Assembly: GCA_951406725.2 (NCBI GenBank) | Contig: OX597829.1 | Span: 3,906,001 to 3,970,000, forward strand | Length of the DNA: 64,000 bases | Source of the DNA: Octopus vulgaris | Taxonomy: Eukaryota | Direction of reading: 5' to 3' | Shown: in pieces, positions 52,147 through 64,000 of the stretch | Numbering within the stretch: position 1 is the first letter of the stretch | How the letters are laid out: each line of letters begins with the position of its first letter | The notes under the pieces: model-generated | Databases searched by the model: none | What the model saw: only the letters and a program-made list of their open reading frames with translations | What the model was told of the DNA's origin: nothing | Translations under genes and position numbers: made by a program

Positions 52147-52787
52147 TTACAGCAAAAAAAATGTTTAGTCGGGTTTAAAATGGTTAAATGTCTCCTTCAT
52201 TTAACGATCGGGTTTCGAATCTTGCTAGGGTTCACTATACTTTCCTGAGTGTTCATCCTGATATTTGTGTTAGTTGCATCCATCTTGGGTCCCGACTCCA
52301 ATTGCGCCATTATGTTCACTCCTGTCCAATCCAGTCTACTTTATTCCTCGATCTCCTCAGGGCTCAGCAAAATATTGGCATCGATGTTTGCACATAGATT
52401 TCTTGGAGGTGGTGCCCTAAACATTCCCCAGAGCAATGACCAAAATCAGTAAAAAGACAATAATATAAACCGATTCGCGGTAGAAATGATATTGCTTTTT
52501 AAAGCCATCACTACCGCCATCGCAAAACTGCAACCGTGACAAAACGAGTCAATGAGAAAGCGTCTGTGTAGTTGCTAGAAATAGCAGCCAAATTCCTCAC
52601 ATCGGACTCTACCGTCTTAAAAAAATATTGTTGGTAAAAAGAGGATAGCTTTATAAAAAGTTAGGATGAATAAGTTTAGAAACCTCTTTACTTCATAAAT
52701 ATGCTCGATAGGGCCTGCAACAACAAAACTTACATCTAGTTAGACTAAATAGGAATATATGTATGTTTACATAAATACATGCCGGAT

Positions 52788-52793
52788 TATCTA

Positions 52794-52868
<75 letters not shown>

Positions 52869-53194
52869 GCCTGTCCGTGTCTGTCTGTCTGTCTGTCTGT
52901 CTATCTGTCTGTCTATCAGTCTATCTGTCTGTCTATCTATCTGTCTGTCTGTCTATCCGTCTATCTGTCTGTCTGTCTGTCTATCCGTCTGTCTGTCTGT
53001 CTATCCGTCTGTCTGTCTGTCTATCCGTCTGTCCATCTATGTAGATGTCTGTCTGTCTATATATCTGTCTGTCTGTCTATCCGTCCGTCTATCTATCTGT
53101 CCTTCTATCTATCTATCTATCTGTCTGTCTGTCTATCTGTCCGTCTATCTATATATCTGTCTGTCTGTCTATCTGTCTGTCTTCCTATCTATCC

Positions 53195-53237
<43 letters not shown>

Positions 53238-53270
53238 CCCCTCTCTCTCTCTATCTATCTATCTATCTAT
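52788..53270. repeat. (CTGT)n/(CTAT)n microsatellite
   Basis: Direct inspection. Confidence 0.96.
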
Positions 53271-53661
53271 TTATGCTAAATTTATAAAAACAATTTGTTA
53301 TAGACTGAGAGAATAACAATATATTTTTTTTCTGCTAAAGTACCTGTTTATTATTTACCTATCAGCTTGTATGTATATGTGTGTGTGTGTGTTTAGTTGA
53401 ACACGGTTATAGTTATCAAAATTAATGCGTCCCAAACTCTGAAGTTCAAAATTAATGAAAATTATCTGCTCCGGATATTGTTATCGAAATTTTCGAGTAA
53501 ACCGCTACACACCTACATACATACATACATACTTATACATACATGCATACATATGTTCACTTACCTGCATTCATTCATACATACATACATTCCATACTTG
53601 CACACAGACACACACGTATCAATCTGAATATATAGAAATGTATGTTTATGTGTGTGTGTGA

Positions 53662-53699
<38 letters not shown>

Positions 53700-53715
<16 letters not shown>

Positions 53716-54016
53716 AAATTTATATACATAAATATTTTGTGAGTGTGTGTGTGTAAATTTATATACATAAATATTTTGTGAGTGTGTGTGTGTAAATTTA
53801 TATACATACACATTTTGTGTGAGTGTGAGTGTATATATATATGTGTGTGTGTATAAATTTATATACAAACATATTTTGTGTGTGAGTGTATATATATATA
53901 TGTGTGTTAGTGTGTGTGTAAATTTATATACATACATATTTTGTGTGAGTGTGTGTATATATATGAGTGTGTGTGTGTAAATTTATATACATACACATTT
54001 TGTGTGAGTGTGAGTG

Positions 54017-54060
<44 letters not shown>

Positions 54061-54150
54061 AGTGTGTGTGTAAATTTATATACATACATATTCTGTGTGT
54101 GAGTGTGTGTGTAAATTTATATACATTCATATTTTGTGTGTGTGTGTGTA
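53700..54150. repeat. Minisatellite, unit GTGTAAATTTATATACATACATATTTTGTG(TG)n
   Basis: About eight units of variable length. Confidence 0.88.
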
Positions 54151-54651
54151 TATATATGAGTGTGTGTGTGTGTGCGTGTGTGTGTGTGTGCCTTGTGTAT
54201 ATACGTAGCTATTTATATTTTGCATTATATACCGATATAACTCTATAACAGATGGACAATACTCCGTTCGCCTTAGAAGATTTTCTTTCTTTTATTGCTG
54301 TTGTTGTTAGTTTTTTTAATCCACTTAAGCTCTAATAAGATTGTTCAATTGATGTTTTAAAGGCGCTTACCATTCACATCCACCAGCCTCTTATGTTCCT
54401 TTCACCACCCACCACCACCCACCCCCGCTCTGTCCCCTTTCCTTTTTTCCCCTTCTTGTCAAAACAGGAGAAAACCCTCTTAAACAAATGCGCGCGCGCG
54501 CACGCGCGTGTGTGGTTAGAGAAATCTGCTTCGCAATCACATGGGTTGCTGGTTCGCTCTTTGCATGTTCTCTTGGTTTGTAGAAGTTACATCCTCGAGT
54601 TGATCTGATCAGTCTGTGGGATTCGGTAGACGGAAACTGTGTTGAAGCTCG

Positions 54652-54699
<48 letters not shown>

Positions 54700-54864
54700 C
54701 TGAATAGAGAGGACTCTTTTAAATTGTGTGTCGTTCAAATCATGGAGCGGCACCGATGTTTTTGAGTAAACTCTTGGAGGTTCTTCAGCACTGCACAGAC
54801 TAAAGATTGAAACCAACATTGTGTATGTGTGTGAGTGTGTGTGTGTGAGTGTGTGTGAGTGCGT

Positions 54865-54917
<53 letters not shown>

Positions 54918-55464
54918 TGTTTGTGTGTGAGTGTGTGTATGAGTGTGTGTTTGTGTGTATGTGTGTGTGAGTGTATGTATGTGTGTGTGTCTGTGTGTAT
55001 CTATACATTCATGTTTCACAACTTATTTATTCCTGTAACAGAAGCGGCACTTTAAGGCCTTTAATTTGACCCCCACCCACCCCCACCCCCTCTCTCTCCG
55101 CTTCCTCCTTCACTCTCTTGTTGTTTATCTTCTTCGTTTACTTTATTCTTCTGTCTTTCATTCTGATCAATTTCCATGAAATGTGATTCAGGATTATCAG
55201 TTCCCATGACCAAACACCACCTTCGCCGCCGCCGCCGCCGCCGCATCCTCCGGCACATTTCGCCGTGTGTGCGTGCGTGCGTATGTGACGCGCGGATTTG
55301 TTTTTGTTTCGTTTCGCGGAGGCAACTTTTCGTAGTGCATAAATAAATACATCAGTCTTGAAAGGAGGTGGGGACAAAAAAAAAAAAAGGTACAATAACA
55401 TATTCCTCCTATACACTCACTTTCTCTGTCCCTTTCCCCCGTTCTCTCTCTCTCTCTTTTTGTG

Positions 55465-55501
<37 letters not shown>

Positions 55502-56187
55502 ATATATTTATATTACAAATAAGAAAATGAAGAAACAAGTTTAGTTTGTTCATCAACTTTCGGATATTAGAAAGTTGGATTATTTATTCATTCAACAAAA
55601 TGAGAACCTCAATAGCATACATATATATCTTATAATTCAATACATATAAGATAAGAATACAAGTTATAAAAATCAATATAAATTATTGAAATCATTAAAA
55701 TCACTTCTTACAGCTGTTTCAGCCTATGGCTAAAAGTCGATTCTGCCGATTAAAAACATTGCATGTAAGCATGTATAAATATATATATCTTCTTTCTTTT
55801 AACACATCTATACGTTCATTCTGCATTACATGCGTAAATATGTATGTATGTGTCTTTTTGAATGTATGCATATGTGTATACATATATAATGTGCATGCGT
55901 TACATGTATATGTGACATACGCTATGTATATAGGTATATATTTTTCATACATATGCAAATATGTGCATGCAGATTTCGTATGTATATCATATATATACGA
56001 AAATATATGTATTTCGTGTGTATACGTGTGTAGGTGTCTATATGCATTCACGATTATATGTGGATGTACAATTTAAATATATATATATATATATATATAT
56101 GTAATTTGTGTGTGAGCAAAGGTACGTTACGTAGACGTATTTCATGTGTATGCGTAATGTGTGTGTGTTTATATATATTTATTTATT

Positions 56188-56243
<56 letters not shown>

Positions 56244-56980
56244 CGTGTATGTACACCCGTATGGATACTGACACACACTCACTAATACGTTTTTAAACTC
56301 GTTTAAATATCAATTACATATTGTTTTAAAGTATAGATACTCGCCAGAATCAACACACACACACACACACACATCTTGCTATTGGAAGTGATAGGATCAG
56401 TATAGTTTTGAAGGTTATGCTTTGAAGTTTTCTTGTAGAGAGATGGGTTTAATCAATATTGATTCTTATTTTTAACACTAAAGTATTATTTATGAATTAT
56501 TAGTGGCTTATTTACTACGTTGACCCCCAAAGCGTGTGTTTCTCTAAGTCCTATTGACTCCTAGAAATGTGAAGGTAAATTTGATCTTCATGAATGTGAC
56601 TTCGTTACGTAAAAGAATACACGTACACACTCACACACAGGCCAAATCAAAAATATAACAACAAAAAAATGAGGATGAAACGTCAATTAGACATAAACGA
56701 TAAATCTATTAGATTGATGTCCGGTGAAAGTTTTAAGTGGGGAAATAGGAGTGGAAATAACGTTTCGAGTATGGCTCTTCGTTGGAAAGAGAAAAAAGAC
56801 CAGAGGGGAGTTGAAGGAGGCTATATACACACACACACACTCTCTCTCTCTCTCTCTGCATCTCTCTCTTTCTCTCATCAATAGTTATCCGGACTGTTGC
56901 CATAATAACAAATCTAAAGCACGCAGAGTGAAGCCACTTGGCGCAGATTGCCCTTAAAGATTGTTGTACATGTGCACTAA

Positions 56981-57648
56981 GTTTTAACGTTCTAGCTCAC
57001 TTTCGCTGTTTACAGCAGTGCTTGGAAGGAACATGTGTAGCATATGATCGTCGCATTGACCATGACAGAGAAAGTTGTCATGGCGAAACCTGCTCAGAGA
57101 CCTACGCAAAGTTGCAGAAAGTGTATGGAGAGGAGTGTATGAGCTGCATACAAGTGTACGAGTGGTTCAGACGTTTCCAAGATGGCCCCAAAAATGTCGA
57201 TATTGATGAACGTTCTAGGAGACCCGCAACCAGCAGAACTGAGAAAAACATTGCAGTTGTGCGTGCAGCTGTGAGGGGAAAACCGTCGAATCACCATCCG
57301 TGAGTTATTAGAGGATGTACAGATTAGTTATGGTTCAGTTTAGTCCATTATCACTGAAGATTTGGGTATGAGAGGTGTGTCTTCTAAGTTTGTGCCCAAA
57401 CTGCTTTCAGCTGACCAAAAAGACACTAGGGCTTCAGTTGCACAAGATCTCCTTGATTGTATCCAGAAAGATTAAAAGCTTTTGAAAACTTTGCGTAGGC
57501 CGCTGAGCAGGTGTCGCCAAGCTTTTGGCAAAATCTGATGCAGATTCTCTACTCAACTTTCTGTCATGGTCAATACGACGACCACACTTTACACATCTTC
57601 ATTCCAAGCGCTATTGTAAACAGCGGATGTGAGCTAGAACATTAAAAC
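56981..57648 (+). mobile_element. Internally deleted mariner derivative with about 95-bp inverted ends
   Basis: ETYAKLQKVYGEECMS..QVYEWFRRFQDG..DDERS.RP, then RRITIREL...EDLGMR.VSSKFVPKLL. 56981-57077 is inverted at 57554-57648. Confidence 0.85.
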
Positions 57649-58505
57649 GTATAAAGTGAGCGAATATACGCGTATATGTCAAAAAAGAGTTTATAATAGA
57701 CGAAGGAACTCGTTTGCTGTCGATTTTGGCGAGTCTATCTTTTGATGAGTTAACTCGCCAGAGATAGAAAAAAAAACGTTCTCGGTCAAAACGCATATAT
57801 TCGTTTCTGCCGGGTAAGGGGTTAAGCTTGTCGTTCTTACGTAACTTAAGAAGGGACTGTTACGGTTTCGTCCATAGACTGCGCGTGACTGGATTTAAGT
57901 TTTGTCATAATAAGCAGATCAGTGGCTTGAAGTGTGTGCGTGTGTGTAGTGTGTAGTGTGTGTGTGTGTGTTTTCAATGTGTGTAGTTTCAGCTGAGAAG
58001 CACTTGACCAACAGACGTGGTGAAGAGAATGAGCAGAAGAAACAGAGAAGCGACAGAGTAATATATTTTTGGATTTTAGAATTCTCTGCACGGTTTTTAA
58101 TCTGCAAGCATTGAAGTAGATTGGTCGAAAGGTGCCTGACAACACACTTTGCTTTTGATGTTTCGGTTTTAGAATAAAAATGCTGTGGCAGAAGGGAATC
58201 TGTGGAGCTATTATCTTTTTAAAGTTAGAAGGCTTTAACGTTAGTAAGAAAGTCAACATATTTTCATGAATGTGACGTAAGTGATATCTAAGACCCAGTG
58301 TTCGGTGATGAAGTTAGTTAATTCTGAATTAACATGTCGTTTTGCTTATCCAGAATCAATGTGTCCTTACTTTTCCCCTTAGACGCTTGGGTGTGATTTT
58401 AGTGCTGTTATTTGGCTGCTATTTCTTGCAGGTTGGTTTTGGGACCCTTTTGATTTTTATTTTACTTAAGTAGACACTCAGAGCCATTCTATGTTTAAAA
58501 AATCC

Positions 58506-58914
58506 GGATCTTTTCGGTTTGAACGGCAGTTTTTAACATAATTTCTAGGTAACTAAAAAATTTTAAACTTCGTATACTGGTAGAATGTGTTTATAAAACA
58601 TCTTTTTCTCATGGCTTTATTGAGAAAATTCTATAGTTTGTAAGATATTTGTTGTTTTTCTTCTTCAATTTCTGCAATTTCAACCAGTCAGTGACGTCTA
58701 TTGAGGTGAAAACATTCTGTGTCGTATGAATATGTCCCTCGTTTAAGAAGCAGATTGGGTTTATTTACATTTGTGAGGAAAAAAATATATCCTCCCCCCA
58801 CCCCTAACCCTAAAACAGATTGAAATGCAATAGATCGATTCTAGAGTCATAATTATGGGTGACAATTTCATGTGATACCGTTAGAAAAAACTGCCGGTCA
58901 AACCGAAAAGATCC
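58506..58914 (+). mobile_element. MITE family M1 (Merlin-like), most complete copy
   Basis: GGATCTTTTCGGTTTGA...TCAAACCGAAAAGATCC; exact 8-bp TSD aaaaatcc (58498-58505 and 58915-58922). Confidence 0.92.
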
Positions 58915-59795
58915 AAAAATCCTATTTATTTTTATAATTAGATATTGTTAGGAATTGTATAAAGGATTGCTTAAATAGTGTGTGCATTGTAGAAGTATAA
59001 ACAATTTATTGTAGATGAGTTTTAACAGCAAAATCGTATATGGAACCCCGCGAGGACCATAAAGACCTCAGTTCAGAACCACTGCTGTAAATAGTCTCTC
59101 GTTAAATGGCTACGTAACTGTAATGTACTAAGGTTAAACAGGAATAATTGGTTTTATAAATAAATTCCAGCTTAGAAATGTTGTTCTTGAGTGCACGTGA
59201 GAGAGAGAGAGAGAGAGAGATGTAAAGAAATCGATATCGAAAGTGAAGTAGAAATAAATATGTTAGTCTCATCCATAAACTATTTCAAGATTTATTTTTG
59301 TGCTGAAGTATCATTATGATTAATATTTATTGGAGTATTTACGACAAGCAAATACATCAAATAACAGGCAATGATAGATAGACAGGCACATAGACAGATA
59401 AATTGACAGGTGTGTGTGTGTGTGTGTGTATGGACATATATGTGTGTATGTATGTATGTAGATAGGTTGGTTGGTTGATCGATAGAAGATTTGAAGAACC
59501 GAAAAAACGGACTTCGGTTACAGTTGAACTCGAAACGAACAACATTTTGGTTATTTAATTTGTTGAAACAACGCGAACGGCTGTTGTTGTTGTTGTTGTT
59601 GTTGTTGCTGCTGCTGTTGTTGTTATTGGTGGTAGTAGTGGTGGTGGTGATGATGGTAGTGGTCTTGTTTTTTTTTTTGTCTATAGATTTCTTTTTCTCT
59701 CTTTTCCATTCCAATTACTTGAGTGTTCTTCGGTCTTATCTTATATTTTCAGAAATCTTCCTTATTACATTGAGATATGGAAAAAGTTTTCCTCC

Positions 59796-59860
<65 letters not shown>

Positions 59861-60026
59861 CTACGTACTTACCTGATCTACATAATCGATTATCTGTAAA
59901 TTGGTTCTAAACTTCCTGTTTACAAAAAAAAGAAGATTAAGATGGAAATTTGCTCTCAATCAATACTCCGTTTATTTATTTATTTTTTTTATTTTTCACT
60001 TCATTTATTTATTTCACTATATTGTT

Positions 60027-60075
60027 ACCCTGGACTGATGACGGGCAAGACCCAGAAACATGCATGTCTTCGGGT
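60027..60075 (+). ncRNA. Type-I hammerhead ribozyme with palindromic stem III
   Basis: ACCCtGGA-CTGATGA-cGGG(caaga)CCCa-GAA-ACATGCATGT-C-TTCGGGT: intact CUGAUGA and GAAA core, GUC triplet at 60066-60068, perfect palindrome ACATGCATGT. Confidence 0.78.
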
Positions 60076-60868
60076 GCTAATCCTAGCTGGTGGGGGTGCT
60101 TGCCTCCCCTTCGCAAATATAAGGACACAGGAAATGTGTCAAAGCCGACAGGAAGCGTCGATGCTTCCTAGGGCTAAATAGCGGTGGTGTAATTCCCTTT
60201 ACGGCACACTCACGTTATGTTGACAGTATACAACCACTCTATCGCTCCACCACCACTCATGTCTCTTTGAGACATTTACAAATTCAATATTTCTAATTCA
60301 TTTATATCGATTTATCGATATGACTGTGTGTGTGTGTGTGTGGCATGTATGTGATCAAGACAGCTGAAACTTTGCAAATCTTTACTCTGAATTGGTTTCT
60401 AATTGTTTGCTTGTGAGAGCGAGAAAGAAAAGGAGGTGAGTGTGTCTTGTCGGGCGCTGCTCAAGCTAAAGAAAAAAATTCCGGTGTAGACGTCCCTTGA
60501 CGAATGTGAGAATGTTTAGGTAGAAAGCAACACATCATCCAATCGTTATTGGCTGCAGAGGATTTCTTGGGAGTGGTACGAGGTGATGGTTATAGTCGCT
60601 GGGTTTGACTCATTAGGAAACAAATATCGCCATGAAAGATAACCGAGCCACAAAATTCGGTTAAAATGTGATGAGGAAAAGAGGGCAGATTGTGGTATGC
60701 GTCTCAAATAGAGCTGTTAAATTGAGGACCTGGAACGAGACTCATGCTCTCTTGATAACCTCATAAGTCTGCTAATGTCCGATATGTGGAGTTTTGAATT
60801 GGTAGCATTTGCAACTTCAAATTGCTTCCAAATTACACAGACACCCCCCACACACACACATACCTACC

Positions 60869-60929
<61 letters not shown>

Positions 60930-61129
60930 CTCAACATCTACTTCGGAGTACTCTTTCTTTCCCCGTCTTCTCACTCAGTTGTATGTAATATCCATTTCTC
61001 TTTTTTTATAGATGAGCACAGGTGGATAAGTTTACCTTGATGTTTAATTAAAAAATAGCAAGAATTTATAAGAAGTATTGACTCGAAGATCGGAAACGAA
61101 GAAAAAAAAAAAACAATAATGATAATGGT

Positions 61130-61272
61130 TTCTAATTTTGACACAAAGCCAGTAGTTTGCGGGTCGGGACAAATCGATTAAATTGAACCCAGTGCCCAAC
61201 TGGTGCTTATTTTATCGACCCCGAAAGGATGAAAGGCAAAGTCAATCTCGATAGAAATTGAACTCAGAGCGT
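61130..61272 (-). mobile_element. SINE family A, partial
   Basis: ttatcgaccccgaaaggatgaaaggcaaagtc...aactcaga. Confidence 0.8.
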
Positions 61273-61306
61273 AGAGCAGTGGTTTTCAACCAGGGTTCCG
61301 CGGAAC

Positions 61307-62424
<1,118 letters not shown>

Positions 62425-62735
62425 CGAGTACAGGACACCACAAATAAACGTAGAACACAACGAGAGACGAGAACATAAAATCAAACAAGGAAACGGACTT
62501 TTTTTAAACAACGAAAAAACAGAGTACAGGACAAACAATACAAGGAAAATACCCCTTCATCAGCTGTCCCTGGTTCGACTCAAAGTGTGTTTCGAAGGTA
62601 AGGACAGAACACAGTCGAAACAATCCTTCCTGCAAAAGGAATTAAATAAAATTCTTTTGCAGAGGGGTAAAACAAGTGACAAAAACAGGACCTAAAAACA
62701 ATACAAATGAAGATAAAACAGTACAATAAAACTGT

Positions 62736-62787
<52 letters not shown>

Positions 62788-63055
62788 TGTTCTTCCAAAA
62801 TCTGCTATTGTTGGAATAGCTCATAGCTTTTGAAGGATACTTTTTGTGTAAAACCATCTGTTTAAGACTTCACAGTTAATATAGAAGAGGAGAAAAAGCA
62901 ACAAAATACCTATAATAATTAGTAATATGGTTGTGATACATGTTCCTAGTGTACCCTTATCAGACGAGTAGTCTTGATGGGTGTATAGTGCTTTGTATAT
63001 TTGTACACCAGTGTCAATTTGATGACATGCATTGCTCTCTCACTCAATGATGATG

Positions 63056-63092
<37 letters not shown>

Positions 63093-63356
63093 CAATAATG
63101 ATGATGATAATGGTAATAATAATGATGATGTTAATAATAATAATGATGATAATAATAATAATAATAATAATAATAATGGTAGAAGGCCAACAATTTCGAG
63201 GGAGTGGGTAAATCAATTGCATTCAGTTTGACCTTAATTTATCGATTCCGTAAGGATGAAAGGCAAATAATAATGAGAAGAGTGAAACACTGGGCTCGAT
63301 GTAATCGACTTGCCGCCTCCCCACAAATTTTAGGCCTTGTATTTATAATAGAAAGG

Positions 63357-63391
<35 letters not shown>

Positions 63392-63406
63392 TACTACAAA
63401 TACTAA

Positions 63407-63520
63407 GGCGATGAGCTGGTAGAATTGTTAACACGCCGGGCGGAATGCTGCTAAACATTTCGTCCGTCTTTACGTTCTGTGTTCAAATTCCGCCGAGGTC
63501 GACTTTGCATTTCATCCATT
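63407..63520 (+). mobile_element. SINE family A, 5' part
   Basis: ggcgatgagctggtagaa...gttcaaattccgccgaggtcgactttgc. Confidence 0.78.
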
Positions 63521-63625
63521 CTTTTTCGTTTCTGCCAGCTCGCCACTTTCATGATAATGATGATGATGATTAATAGTACTTATCTTTTAAATATGTGGAT
63601 CGATCTTTCAGGTTGTTTGTGTGTG

Positions 63626-63938
63626 AGGCTATGTGGCAAGCATCTTGCTTCCCAACCACATGGTTCCGGGTTCAGTATCACTGCGTGATACCTTGAACAA
63701 GTGTCTTCTACTATAGCCTCGGACTGACAAAAACCTGCGTTTGTCCCCCACCATCACTTGAGAACTGGCGGTGATGCGTTTACGTCCCCCGTAACTTAGC
63801 GATTCGGCTAACAATAAGTACCAGGTTTTTTAAAAACAAAACAAGTACTAGAGTTGATATATTCGACTAAAAAAAAAAAAAATTCTCCAGGGCGGTGCCC
63901 CAGCACGGCCGCAAACTAATGACTAAAACAAGTTAAGA
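63626..63938 (+). mobile_element. SINE family B, degenerate
   Basis: ccaaccacatggttccgggttcagt...tttacgtcccc...ggcggtgccccagca. Confidence 0.8.
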
Positions 63939-64000
63939 GATTTAAAAAAAACAAAAAGATATACGCGTGCGCGTATATGTCGGAATGAATCAATGTTCCT

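Overview
AT-rich eukaryotic DNA packed with microsatellites. The repeat families look like those of an octopod cephalopod (inference from pattern recognition, not a database hit). No intact host protein-coding gene is recognisable, and nearly all long ORFs in the track are translations of (TA)n/(TG)n/(GA)n tracts. The window reads as a long intron or intergenic region. It contains: several tRNA-derived SINE families (many with target-site duplications, TSDs); mariner DD34D and maT-like DD37D transposase remnants; CR1-, R4/Dong- and CRE-like LINE remnants; MITEs with Merlin-, piggyBac- and hAT-type ends; and non-autonomous Helitrons. Two things stand out. (1) A set of short repeats carries minimal type-I hammerhead ribozyme (HHR) motifs of the kind associated with Penelope-like elements. 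The best is at 60027-60075 and is followed by a covarying stem-loop module. A diverged relative of that module (43663-43755) begins at or within about 2 nt of the predicted cleavage site. One HHR-like motif sits inside a tRNA-headed SINE. (2) A candidate recursive splice site (polypyrimidine-CAG|GTAAGT) is followed 40 nt later by a second AG|GTAAGT donor (43997-44044). Coordinates were counted by eye and may be off by a few bases.
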